A stretch of 64,000 nt of DNA from a virus (Duplodnaviria; Caudoviricetes): the IMG/VR virus record IMGVR_UViG_2718218211_000001, positions 14,153 to 78,152 of that record; one strand, given 5' to 3'. The position numbers and the translations under genes are program-made. The notes under the pieces were generated by a model. It made no database searches. It had not been told where the DNA came from and saw nothing but the letters and a program-made list of their open reading frames with translations. This document shows positions 49,228 through 58,461 of this stretch, one piece after another; position 1 is the first letter of the stretch; the number at the start of each line of letters is the position of its first letter.

Positions 49228-49360
49228 CGGCGATCTGAACGCGGTGCTGGATGAAACCGAGGCCGCCTGGGCGGTCTGTGCTGACAAAGTGGACACGATT
49301 ATTGCGTGTCAGGAGCGAGACAGTGAACAAACCGCAGTCCTTACGCAGCGCCCTGAATAA
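49070..49360 (+). CDS. lysC: o-spanin LysC
   Basis: Lipobox LSGC; CPRVTQC, WAVCA. Confidence 0.8.
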   Translation: MKMRICAAGLILLCLLTLSGCGSVRPSPEVQLTVSGCPRVTQCRLERSAPRSNGDLNAVLDETEAAWAVCADKVDTIIACQERDSEQTAVLTQRPE

Positions 49361-49754
49361 AGCGGTTGCTTATGTCCGCGACAACCCGGACAAGCTGCAC
49401 CTTTTCGTTGATAACGGCTCACTGGTGGCAACCAGTGCCAGCTCCATGTCATGGGAATACCGCTACACCCTGAACGTGGTGATCGAGGATTTCAGCGGCG
49501 ACCAGAATCTGCTGATGGCTCCTGTGCTGCTGTGGCTAAGTGACAACCAGCCGGATGCTATCAATAACCCGGAGCTGCGCGAAAAACTGTTCACCTTTGA
49601 AGTGGATATTCTGCGCAACGATGTGTGCGATATCAGCCTGAACCTGCAACTGACGGAGCGCGTGCGGGTCAGCACTAACGGCAGCGTGTCAAGCGTTGAA
49701 GCGGTGCCGGAGCCGGACGAACCCGAAGAAATGTGGACGGTGAAACGTGGATGA
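49323..49754 (+). CDS. Tail completion protein R
   Basis: NKPQSLR...LQLTERV. Confidence 0.9.
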   Translation: MNKPQSLRSALNKAVAYVRDNPDKLHLFVDNGSLVATSASSMSWEYRYTLNVVIEDFSGDQNLLMAPVLLWLSDNQPDAINNPELREKLFTFEVDILRNDVCDISLNLQLTERVRVSTNGSVSSVEAVPEPDEPEEMWTVKRG

Positions 49755-50193
49755 ACTGCAGAGGGTGGATGACTGGCTGACGGCGCTACTGGCGAATCTG
49801 GAGCCTGCCGCGCGCAGCCGTATGATGCGGCAACTGGCGCAACAGCTGCGCCGGACGCAGCAGCAGAACATCAGGCTGCAGCGTAATCCTGATGGCAGCG
49901 GCTATGAGCCGCGCCGGGTGACTGCCCGCAGCAAGAAGGGACGCATCAAAAGCCAGATGTTTGCAAAGCTTCGCACCACAAAATACCTGAAAACCACCGC
50001 CAGTGCGGACTCCGCCAGCGTGCAGTTTGATGGCAAGGTGCAACGCATTGCCCGTGTTCATCATTACGGCCTGCGTGATCGCGTCAGCCGCAAAGGCCCG
50101 GAGATTCGATACGCAGAGCGCCGCCTGCTGGGCGTGAATGATGAGGTGGAAACCGTTACCCGTGACACTCTGTTGCGCTGGCTGGCGGGGTGA
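49747..50193 (+). CDS. Tail completion protein S
   Basis: QRNPDG, IARVHHYG. Confidence 0.9.
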   Translation: MDELQRVDDWLTALLANLEPAARSRMMRQLAQQLRRTQQQNIRLQRNPDGSGYEPRRVTARSKKGRIKSQMFAKLRTTKYLKTTASADSASVQFDGKVQRIARVHHYGLRDRVSRKGPEIRYAERRLLGVNDEVETVTRDTLLRWLAG

Positions 50194-50261
50194 TATTTGT
50201 TTCATCGCTGGTACAAGCGCCAGAACTGCCTACCTTTTCCCACTGATGGCAACCTTTCGTT

Positions 50262-50840
50262 ATGAATGCACAACTGACCGAAATTATGCGCCTTATCACC
50301 AATCTGATCCGCACCGGCACTGTGACCGAAGTGGATCGGAAGAAATGGCTGTGCCGGGTGAAAGTGGGCGAGCTTGAAACTAACTGGATTAACTGGCTGA
50401 CGCTGCGTGCCGGTGGTGCCCGTACATGGTGGTGCCCGTCGCCGGATGAGCAGGTGGTGGTGCTGAGCATGGGCGGCAATCTGGAAACCGCTTTTGTGCT
50501 GCCTGCCATCTACTCCAATCAGTTTCCGCCGCCGTCGGATTCCGTGGACGGCTGCGTGACGGAGTACCCGGACGGGGGCTGGTTTGAGTACGAACCCGCC
50601 ACCGGGCGGTGGCATGTTCGGGGTATCAAATCCATGGTGATCGAGGCGGCGGACAATATCACCCTCAAAACCGGTGAGTTTGTGGTGGAGGCTGACACAA
50701 CACGCATTAACAGCGAGGTGGTGATCAACGGCGGCGTCACCCAGGGCGGCGGCGCAATGAGTTCTAACGGGGTCGTGATGGATAAACACGGTCACACTGG
50801 CGTTAAGTCAGGCGGGGATACATCGGGAGGTCCGGTATGA
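50262..50840 (+). CDS. Baseplate spike V
   Basis: NLIRTG.V...; C-terminal HxH. Confidence 0.9.
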   Translation: MNAQLTEIMRLITNLIRTGTVTEVDRKKWLCRVKVGELETNWINWLTLRAGGARTWWCPSPDEQVVVLSMGGNLETAFVLPAIYSNQFPPPSDSVDGCVTEYPDGGWFEYEPATGRWHVRGIKSMVIEAADNITLKTGEFVVEADTTRINSEVVINGGVTQGGGAMSSNGVVMDKHGHTGVKSGGDTSGGPV

Positions 50841-51196
50841 CGTTGTATATCGGTATGAGCAGGAATGACGGGCAGGTCATTGCAGATACCGACCATCTGC
50901 GCCAGTCGGTGCGGGATATTCTGCTGACGCCGCAGGGCAGTCGTCTTGCCCGCCGGGAATATGGCTCCCTACTGTCAGCCCTGATTGACCAGCCGCAGAA
51001 CCCGGCACTGCGCCTGCAGATTATGTCTGCAGTCTATGTGGCGCTGAACCGCTGGGAGCCGCGCCTTACGCTGGACTCCATCATCATCAACGGCAATTTT
51101 GACGGCTCTATGGTGGTTGAGCTTACCGGGCAGCGCAACAACGGCGCGCCGGTTTCACTTTCGGTAACTACAGGAGCAGACAATGGCAGTCATTGA
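50837..51196 (+). CDS. Baseplate protein W
   Basis: DILLTPQGSR..RREYGS, WEPR. Confidence 0.9.
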   Translation: MTLYIGMSRNDGQVIADTDHLRQSVRDILLTPQGSRLARREYGSLLSALIDQPQNPALRLQIMSAVYVALNRWEPRLTLDSIIINGNFDGSMVVELTGQRNNGAPVSLSVTTGADNGSH

Positions 51197-52091
51197 CCTT
51201 TCCCGGTTACCGCCGCCGCAGATAGTGGACGTGCCGGATTTTGAGACGCTGCTGGCTGGGCGCAAGGCCGCTTTTGTGGCTCTTTATCCTGTGGATGAAC
51301 AGGACGCGGTGCGGCGCACGCTGGCGCTGGAATCTGAACCCGTCACCAAGCTGCTGCAGGAAAGCACATACCGCGAAATCCTGCTGCGCCAGCGTATTAA
51401 CGAGGCTGCGCGGGCGGTGATGGTGGCCTATTCGATAGGAAATGATCTTGAGCAGCTGGCAGCCAACTGCAACGTGAAACGCCTGACGGTAGTGCCTGCT
51501 GATAATGATGCAGTACCGCCGGTCGCCGCAGTGATGGAAGATGATGAGGCGCTGCGCCAGCGCATCCCTGCAGCATTTGAGGGACTGTCCGTTGCTGGCC
51601 CTACGGGAGCCTATGAATTTCACGCCAGAAGTGCGGACGGACGTGTGGCAGATGCCAGCGCAACCAGTCCGGCCCCTGCAGAGGTGGTACTTACCGTGCT
51701 GAGCCGTGAGGGTGACGGTACAGCAGTAAAAGACCTGCTGGATGTGGTTGAAAAAGCCCTGAACAGTGAGAGTGTACGCCCGGTGGCTGACCGTCTGACG
51801 GTTCGTAGTGCGGAGATCATACCGTACCGGGTGGAGGCTACCATTTTTCTTTATCCAGGGCCGGAAGCGGAGCCTGTTATGGTGGCGGCAAAAGCCAGTC
51901 TGCAGAGGTACATCGCCAGTCAGACGCGGCTGGGACGTGATATCCGCCGCAGCGCCATTTATGCCGCGTTGCACGTGGAGGGCGTCCAGCGTGTGGAGCT
52001 GACGTCCCCTCTGGAGGATGTGGTGCTGGATAAGACACAGGCGGCATCCTGTACCGAATGGAGCGTTACCAACGGGGGCACGGATGAATAG
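51183..52091 (+). CDS. Baseplate protein J
   Basis: IDLSRLP.P, SVAGPTGAY. Confidence 0.9.
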   Translation: MAVIDLSRLPPPQIVDVPDFETLLAGRKAAFVALYPVDEQDAVRRTLALESEPVTKLLQESTYREILLRQRINEAARAVMVAYSIGNDLEQLAANCNVKRLTVVPADNDAVPPVAAVMEDDEALRQRIPAAFEGLSVAGPTGAYEFHARSADGRVADASATSPAPAEVVLTVLSREGDGTAVKDLLDVVEKALNSESVRPVADRLTVRSAEIIPYRVEATIFLYPGPEAEPVMVAAKASLQRYIASQTRLGRDIRRSAIYAALHVEGVQRVELTSPLEDVVLDKTQAASCTEWSVTNGGTDE

Positions 52092-52689
52092 TCTGTTGCC
52101 GCCGGGTTCGTCGCCGCTTGAGCGCCGACTGGCGCAGACCTGCAGCGGGATTTCCGATCTGCAGGTATCGCTGCGTGATTTGTGGAACCCGGCAACCTGC
52201 CCGATCAGATTCCTGCCTTATCTGGCCTGGGCGTTTTCTGTTGACCGCTGGGATGAGAGCTGGACAGAAAGCGTCAAGCGCCGCGTTGTGCAGGACGCTT
52301 TTTATATCCATCAGCACAAGGGGACAACCAGCGCCGTGCGGCGCGTGGTGGAGCCGTTCGGCTTCCTGATCCGCATCAATGAGTGGTGGCAGACCGGCGA
52401 AACGCCGGGGACGTTCCGTCTGGATATTGGCGTACAGGATCATGGTATCACCGAAGACACCTATCTGGAGCTTGAGCGCCTGATAAGCGATGCCAAACCA
52501 TGCAGCCGCCATATGACAGGTATGTCCATTAATATGCAGACCAGCGGCCCTTACTGGGTTGGTGCAGCCAGCTACCTTGGTGAAGAAATCACGGTGTATC
52601 CGTATATCAATGAAACGATTGTTTCCGGCGGCACCGCACATGAAGGCGGGGCAGTCCATGTTATTGACACAATGAGAGTGAATCCATGA
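52084..52689 (+). CDS. Baseplate/tail protein I
   Basis: [17 protein letters not shown]. Confidence 0.9.
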   Translation: MNSLLPPGSSPLERRLAQTCSGISDLQVSLRDLWNPATCPIRFLPYLAWAFSVDRWDESWTESVKRRVVQDAFYIHQHKGTTSAVRRVVEPFGFLIRINEWWQTGETPGTFRLDIGVQDHGITEDTYLELERLISDAKPCSRHMTGMSINMQTSGPYWVGAASYLGEEITVYPYINETIVSGGTAHEGGAVHVIDTMRVNP

Positions 52690-54491
52690 GCGCAAAATTT
52701 TATACCCTGCTGACGGAGATCGGCGCGGCGAAACTGGCAAGCGCCGCCGCGCTCGGTGTCCCGCTGAAAATTACCCATATGGCGGTGGGCGACGGTGGCG
52801 GTGTGCTGCCCACACCCAGCGCGCAACAGACCGCGTTAGTTGCTGAGAAGCGTCGAGCAGCGCTGAATATGCTGTATATCGACCCGCAGAACAGCAGCCA
52901 GATTATTGCTGAGCAAGTGATCCCGGAAACTGAGGGGGGATGGTGGATTCGTGAGGTCGGCCTGTTTGATGAAACCGGCGCACTGATCGCCGTGGGTAAC
53001 TGCCCTGAGAGCTACAAGCCGCAGCTGACAGAAGGGAGCGGACGTACGCAGACCGTGCGCATGGTACTGATTACCAGTAGCACCGATAACATCACCCTGA
53101 AAATTGACCCTGCAGTAGTGCTGGCAACCCGTAAATATGTAGATGATAAGGCGCTGGAGCTGAAGGTATATGTAGACGACCTGATGGCAAAGCATCTTGC
53201 TGCGCCGGACCCGCATTCACAGTATGCGCAGAAGGACAGCCCGACACTCACAGGGATTCCAAAGGTACCGACGCCAGCGGCGGGTAACAGCACTAAACAG
53301 ATTGCGAACACGGAATTTGTGGCATCGTCTATTGCGGCAATGGTGGATTCTGCGCCTGCAGCACTGGATACGCTGAACGAGCTGGCAGCGGCTCTGGGGA
53401 ATGACCCGAACTTTGCCACGACGATGATAAACGCTCTGGCTGGAAAGCAACCGCTGGACAATACACTGACGAATTTAAGCGGAAAAGATATCGCCGGCCT
53501 TCTCACATACCTCGGTTTAGGCGAAACGATAAATCTGGCCACTGGCGCCATGCAAAAAAACCAGAACGGCGCGGATATCCAGAATTCGCCGCTGTTTGTA
53601 CAAAATATCGGAGCGCTTCCTGCCAACGGTACGGCTGTTGCAGCGAACAGACTGGTATCACGCGGCACGCTTCCCGCACTGACTGGCACAACGAGGGGCA
53701 GTGATGGCGGCCTGATAATGGGCGAGGTTTACAACAACGGCTATCCAACGGAATACGGGAATATTTTGCGTCTGACCGGAACCGGTGATGGAGAGATATT
53801 AATCGGATGGAGTGGGGTTAATGGTGCTCCTGCGCCTGCATATATCCGTAGCCACCGAGATACCCCTGACGCTGAGTGGTCAGAATGGGCGATGCTCTAT
53901 ACCTCCCTGAATCCACCTCCAGTACCCCCAGATTTGAATCCTGTCGGCGCGGCTATTGCGTGGCCGTCTGACACCATCCCTGCTGGTTACGCCCTGATGC
54001 AGGGGCAGACGTTTGATAAATCTGCTTACCCGTTACTGGCTATAGCGTATCCGTCTGGCGTTATCCCTGACATGCGAGGCTGGACAATAAAGGGTAAGCC
54101 CATCAGTGGACGTGCTGTACTGTCGCAAGAAATGGACGGCAACAAATCGCACAGCCACGGCGCACGGGCGTTGGATACCGATCTGGGAACGAAAGGTACG
54201 TCGTCATTTGATTACGGCAATAAATCATCTGACACAACAGGCGGTCACAACCATTCGGCGGGTGGCCAATATGGTGGTGACTCAATCGGCGGAAAAATTC
54301 GTGTTCAGCGTGACGGAAATAACCAGTTGACGAGCTGGAATGGTGACCACGCACATACCACCTGGATTGGTCCGCACGACCATACCGTATATATCGGCCC
54401 ACATGGACACGCTGTCACGGTGGACGCAGACGGTAATGAGGAAACAACGGTTAAAAACATTGCATTTAATTATATTGTGAGGCTGGCATAA
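52686..54491 (+). CDS. Tail fibre protein H
   Basis: P2 gpH N-terminus, collar domain (PVGAAIAWP...PDMRG), HxH repeats, [11 protein letters not shown]. Confidence 0.95.
   Translation: MSAKFYTLLTEIGAAKLASAAALGVPLKITHMAVGDGGGVLPTPSAQQTALVAEKRRAALNMLYIDPQNSSQIIAEQVIPETEGGWWIREVGLFDETGALIAVGNCPESYKPQLTEGSGRTQTVRMVLITSSTDNITLKIDPAVVLATRKYVDDKALELKVYVDDLMAKHLAAPDPHSQYAQKDSPTLTGIPKVPTPAAGNSTKQIANTEFVASSIAAMVDSAPAALDTLNELAAALGNDPNFATTMINALAGKQPLDNTLTNLSGKDIAGLLTYLGLGETINLATGAMQKNQNGADIQNSPLFVQNIGALPANGTAVAANRLVSRGTLPALTGTTRGSDGGLIMGEVYNNGYPTEYGNILRLTGTGDGEILIGWSGVNGAPAPAYIRSHRDTPDAEWSEWAMLYTSLNPPPVPPDLNPVGAAIAWPSDTIPAGYALMQGQTFDKSAYPLLAIAYPSGVIPDMRGWTIKGKPISGRAVLSQEMDGNKSHSHGARALDTDLGTKGTSSFDYGNKSSDTTGGHNHSAGGQYGGDSIGGKIRVQRDGNNQLTSWNGDHAHTTWIGPHDHTVYIGPHGHAVTVDADGNEETTVKNIAFNYIVRLA
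53500..53525. other. gix/hix-like DNA invertase crossover site inside the tail fibre gene
   Basis: TTCTCACATACCTCGGTTTAGGCGAA resembles gix TTATCCAAAACCTCGGTTTACAGGAA. Confidence 0.7.
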
Positions 54492-55066
54492 TGACTTTTA
54501 AAATGAGCAGCAAAGCGCAGACAATTAAGGTTTATAACCTGCGTTCAGATACAAACGAATTTATTGGTGCAGGTGATGCATATATTCCACCTCACACCGG
54601 ATTACCGGCAAACTGTACGGATATTGCCCCTCCTGATATTCCCGCCAGTCATATTGCTGTATTTGACGCTGAAACCGAAACGTGGAGGCTGCATGAGGAC
54701 CACCGTGGCGAGACGGTTTACGACACAACAACCGGCAATCAGGTTTATATCTCCTCTCCCGGTCCGCTACCTGAAAACGTCACATCAGTTTCACCTGATG
54801 GTGAATATCAGAAATGGAATGGTAAGGCGTGGGTAAAAGACGAAGTGGCTGAAACAGCGGCCAGACTTCGTGAAGCTGAAGGGATCAAAAGCCGTCTTTT
54901 GCAAACAGCAGCGGAGAAAATCGCGCCATTACAGGATGCTGTTGATCTTGAAATCGCAACAGATGATGAGAAAGTGCAGCTCGACGAGTGGAAAAAATAC
55001 AGGGTGTTGGTAAACCGGGTGGATACCACGAATCCTGACTGGCCTGATGTGCCTGCAAGCCAGTAA
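54491..55066 (+). CDS. Tail fibre assembly chaperone (Tfa)
   Basis: [29 protein letters not shown]...WP. Confidence 0.9.
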   Translation: MTFKMSSKAQTIKVYNLRSDTNEFIGAGDAYIPPHTGLPANCTDIAPPDIPASHIAVFDAETETWRLHEDHRGETVYDTTTGNQVYISSPGPLPENVTSVSPDGEYQKWNGKAWVKDEVAETAARLREAEGIKSRLLQTAAEKIAPLQDAVDLEIATDDEKVQLDEWKKYRVLVNRVDTTNPDWPDVPASQ

Positions 55067-55206
55067 TATGACGTTGTGAAAAGACAGGCTGACGTTAATA
55101 AAATACGTCAGCCTGAAGTAATATTAAGTTCATCAGGAACTGATGAAACTTAATGACCAGATATACCATCAGTCCTGATATGGTTGTTATAGTTTTCTGT
55201 AAAAAA

Positions 55207-55431
55207 TTAACAACCACAAATCTGGCACCACTCCGGTGGCTTAAGAATATCTGGTGGCCATTTGTCACACCATGGTGGGCGAATATATGGGGCAGGCGTT
55301 GGCGGCCAGCCACTGGAGGAGTGTTTTGTATTATCTGGTGGGGGTTTTGAATCACTGGCAGCCATCGCCGATGCCGAAAAGGCTGTAGCCGACAACACCA
55401 GAAGCAATGGGAAAAATATACGATGTCTCAT
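55207..55431 (-). CDS. Secreted Pro/Trp/Cys-rich small protein (74 aa)
   Basis: Sec signal peptide ending AMA; GGTG RBS; terminator-like hairpins about 55085-55152. Confidence 0.7.
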   Translation of the reverse strand: MRHRIFFPLLLVLSATAFSASAMAASDSKPPPDNTKHSSSGWPPTPAPYIRPPWCDKWPPDILKPPEWCQICGC

Positions 55432-55663
55432 AATGTCACCCGTGAATATTCAGATTATCCATACTGTTGACTTCCTTCATTTCCAGCATAGTTCACGCTG
55501 TATCATCATTGAATAAACAATTAAGTTTATTGAGCGAAAATTTACCTAAAGAAAAAAATAATAAGCTTTGATATTTTTTTTTGCAATATTTTAACTCGTA
55601 CCAAAATAAATGTGTGTAGATGGCCTAAGAAACTGATGAGCAGGAATATTGATAGCCAGTAAA

Positions 55664-55979
55664 TCACTCCCGTGGTAATGAAGGCCACCTGATTGCTGTG
55701 AAAATGGCCTCGTCTGAAACGCCAGTTAAGTCCAGCGATTTAAGAATATTGATATAATTCATCCACAGAATTAAAGCTGCTTTATTTTCATCACTGATAA
55801 TTCCCAACGTTAATTCTGTGCGCCAGTCCTTAATAGCATTACCTGCATCGTTAAGTAATTTCTGTCGGGTGGTTTCGGCCTTAGCCTGACAATCCACCGA
55901 AACGGGTAAAATCTTACCATCCCTGTATCACCAGGAGCCATCACCATGGCAATCATCAGGGCAGTCTGCAGCGTCCACT
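55664..55979 (-). pseudogene. Remnant of alternative (inverted) tfa gene
   Basis: DWRTELTLG...LILWMNY...IRWPSLP; in-frame TGA at 55928-55930; 5' end missing. Confidence 0.75.
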
Positions 55980-55981
55980 TC

Positions 55982-56170
55982 CGCGCCGGACTTGCCGCAG
56001 CGAGGGCGCAAGGGCGAATCGGTGGCAGGCGTCCAAAGCTCACTCCGGGGCAATGGGAGCAGGCCGGAAGGTTGCTTGCCGCCGGTGAAACTCGTCATCG
56101 TGTTGGATTACTTTTTGATGTTAGCATTTCCACTCTTTACAAGAAATTCCCTGTAAATCAGTCGCGTTGA
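55982..56170 (+). pseudogene. 3' fragment of Pin/Hin-like serine invertase
   Basis: RAGLAAARAQGRIGGRRPKL plus HTH; catalytic domain absent. Confidence 0.85.
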
Positions 56171-56272
56171 AAGTGGCGATATTGTACCAGCACTGACACA
56201 TCGTGAAATACGTGCGCCGCACGCCTGGCAACCAGAACATAAGGTATCCCTGTCAACCGGAGAGACTGCCTT

Positions 56273-57445
56273 ATGGCTCAGGATTACCACCACGGGGTGC
56301 GCGTTGTTGAAATCAACGAGGGCACCCGACCTATTACCACGGTGAGCACTGCCATCGTGGGCATGGTCTGCACCGGCGATGATGCTGATGCGTCCGTGTT
56401 TCCCCTCAATAAGCCGGTCCTGCTGACTGATGTGCTTACCGCCAGCGGTAAAGCGGGGGAGTCCGGCACGCTGGCCCGCTCGCTGGACGCGATTGCAGAT
56501 CAGGCAAAACCCGTGACTGTCGTTGTGCGTGTGGCGCAGGGCGAAACCGAAGCGGAAACCACCTCCAATATTATCGGCGGCGTAACTTCCGACGGTAAGA
56601 AAACGGGCATGAAAGCGCTACTGTCGGCGCAGTCGCAGCTCGGTATCAAGCCACGCATTCTTGGGGTGCCGGGACATGACACTCAGGCCGTTGCTACTGA
56701 ACTGCTGGGCGTGGCGCAAAGCTTGCGCGGGTTTGCCTACCTTGCTGCTAATGGCTGCAAAACGGTGGAGGAAGCTATTGCCTATCGCGAGAATTTCAGT
56801 CAGCGCGAGGGAATGCTGATCTGGCCTGACTTCATCAACTTTGACACCGTGCTGAAAGCAGACGCGACGGCTTACGCCTCCGCCCGTGCGCTCGGCCTGC
56901 GTGCCAAAATCGACGAGCAGATCGGCTGGCATAAAACCCTGTCCAATGTGGGTGTGAACGGTGTCACCGGCATTTCCGCTGATGTGTTCTGGGATCTGCA
57001 GGACCCGGCAACCGATGCGGGACTGCTGAACAAAAATGACGTCACCACATTGATCCGCCAAGATGGCTTCCGCTTCTGGGGTTCCCGTTGTCTCAGTGAC
57101 GATCCGCTGTTTGCCTTTGAGAACTACACCCGCACGGCGCAGGTGCTGGCTGACACTATGGCGGAGGCGCACATGTGGGCGGTAGATGGCGTGCTTAATC
57201 CGTCGCTGGCCCGCGACATTATTGAAGGACTACGCGCCAAGATGCGCAGTCTGGTCAACCAGGGATACCTGATTGGTGGTGACTGCTGGCTGGATGAGTC
57301 TGTTAACGATAAAGACACCCTTAAAGACGGGAAACTGACCATCGATTATGACTACACGCCGGTGCCTCCACTTGAAAACCTGATGCTGCGCCAGCGCATC
57401 ACCGATCGTTACCTGGTCGATTTTGCCAGCCGTGTTGCTACATAA
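56273..57445 (+). CDS. Tail sheath FI
   Basis: [18 protein letters not shown]. Confidence 0.95.
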   Translation: MAQDYHHGVRVVEINEGTRPITTVSTAIVGMVCTGDDADASVFPLNKPVLLTDVLTASGKAGESGTLARSLDAIADQAKPVTVVVRVAQGETEAETTSNIIGGVTSDGKKTGMKALLSAQSQLGIKPRILGVPGHDTQAVATELLGVAQSLRGFAYLAANGCKTVEEAIAYRENFSQREGMLIWPDFINFDTVLKADATAYASARALGLRAKIDEQIGWHKTLSNVGVNGVTGISADVFWDLQDPATDAGLLNKNDVTTLIRQDGFRFWGSRCLSDDPLFAFENYTRTAQVLADTMAEAHMWAVDGVLNPSLARDIIEGLRAKMRSLVNQGYLIGGDCWLDESVNDKDTLKDGKLTIDYDYTPVPPLENLMLRQRITDRYLVDFASRVAT

Positions 57446-57454
57446 GGGGGAATC

Positions 57455-57970
57455 ATGGCTTTACCACGCAAGTTAAAACACCTGAACCTGTTCAACGACG
57501 GGAACAACTGGCAGGGGATCGTTGAGTCTCTGACCCTGCCGAAATTTACCCGCAAGTTTGAGAAGTATCGCGGCGGCGGTATGCCGGGCGCAGTGGATGT
57601 GGACATGGGGCTGGATGACGGTGCACTGGACACGGAATTTTCAATCGGCGGTACCGAGCTGCTGTTATTCAAGCAGATGGGCAAGGCAACCGTTGACGGC
57701 ATCCAGTTGCGTTTCACCGGTTCCATTCAGCGTGACGATACCGGCGAAGTGCAGACCGTTGAGCTGGTTGTGCGCGGGCGCCATAAAGAAGTGGATTCCG
57801 GCGAGTGGAAAACCGGCGAGAGCAGCAGCACCAAGGTCAGCAGTACCAACAGCTACGCGAAGCTGACCATTAATGGTGAGGTGCTCTATGAGGTCGATCT
57901 GGTCAACATGGTAGAAATCGTTGGCGGCGTGGACCTGATGGAAGAACACCGTAATGCCCTCGGCCTCTGA
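57455..57970 (+). CDS. Tail tube FII
   Basis: MALPRKLKHLNLF, YRGGGM. Confidence 0.95.
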   Translation: MALPRKLKHLNLFNDGNNWQGIVESLTLPKFTRKFEKYRGGGMPGAVDVDMGLDDGALDTEFSIGGTELLLFKQMGKATVDGIQLRFTGSIQRDDTGEVQTVELVVRGRHKEVDSGEWKTGESSSTKVSSTNSYAKLTINGEVLYEVDLVNMVEIVGGVDLMEEHRNALGL

Positions 57971-58024
57971 TTAACCTTAACGGCGCGGGCAGCCGCGCCA
58001 GTATTTCATTAACAGGATACGAAC

Positions 58025-58327
58025 ATGAGCGACAAGCTGACTGAAAAGACCGTAAAACTGGATACTCCCATCATGCGCGGTAAAGCTGAAATTACCGAAA
58101 TTGTGCTGCGCAAGCCTCAGTCCGGCGCACTGCGTGGCACCCGTCTGCAGGCCATTATGGATATGGACGTGGGCGCAATGATGACTGTGATTCCACGAAT
58201 CTCCACCCCGACGCTGACCGCGCAGGAAATGGCAGAGCTGGACCCCGCAGATCTCACCGCGCTGTCGGTAGAGGTGGTGACTTTTTTGTTGAAGAAGTCG
58301 GTGCTTGCCGGTTTACCGACAGCCTGA
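58025..58327 (+). CDS. Tail chaperone E
   Basis: LRKPQSGALRG, LDPADL. Confidence 0.9.
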   Translation: MSDKLTEKTVKLDTPIMRGKAEITEIVLRKPQSGALRGTRLQAIMDMDVGAMMTVIPRISTPTLTAQEMAELDPADLTALSVEVVTFLLKKSVLAGLPTA

Positions 58328-58461
58328 CGATTGATGATCTTGTGGCGGATATCGCCACCATCTTTCACTGGTCGCCATCCATCACTGACGTTATGCCGCT
58401 GACTGAGGTGCTGGCGTGGCGGTATAAGGCAATTCAGCGAAGCGGGGCCAGCGATGAGTGA
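58282..58461 (+). CDS. E' extension via programmed -1 frameshift at TTTTTTG (58282-58288)
   Basis: -1 frame open: ...VADIATIFHWSPS...MPLTEVLAWR..A. Confidence 0.85.
   Translation, partial: FFVEEVGACRFTDSLTIDDLVADIATIFHWSPSITDVMPLTEVLAWRYKAIQRSGASDE

Noticed and set aside
52686-55066. Diversity-generating retroelement acting on the tail fibre
   Set aside because: No reverse transcriptase or TR/VR repeat pair seen in the window
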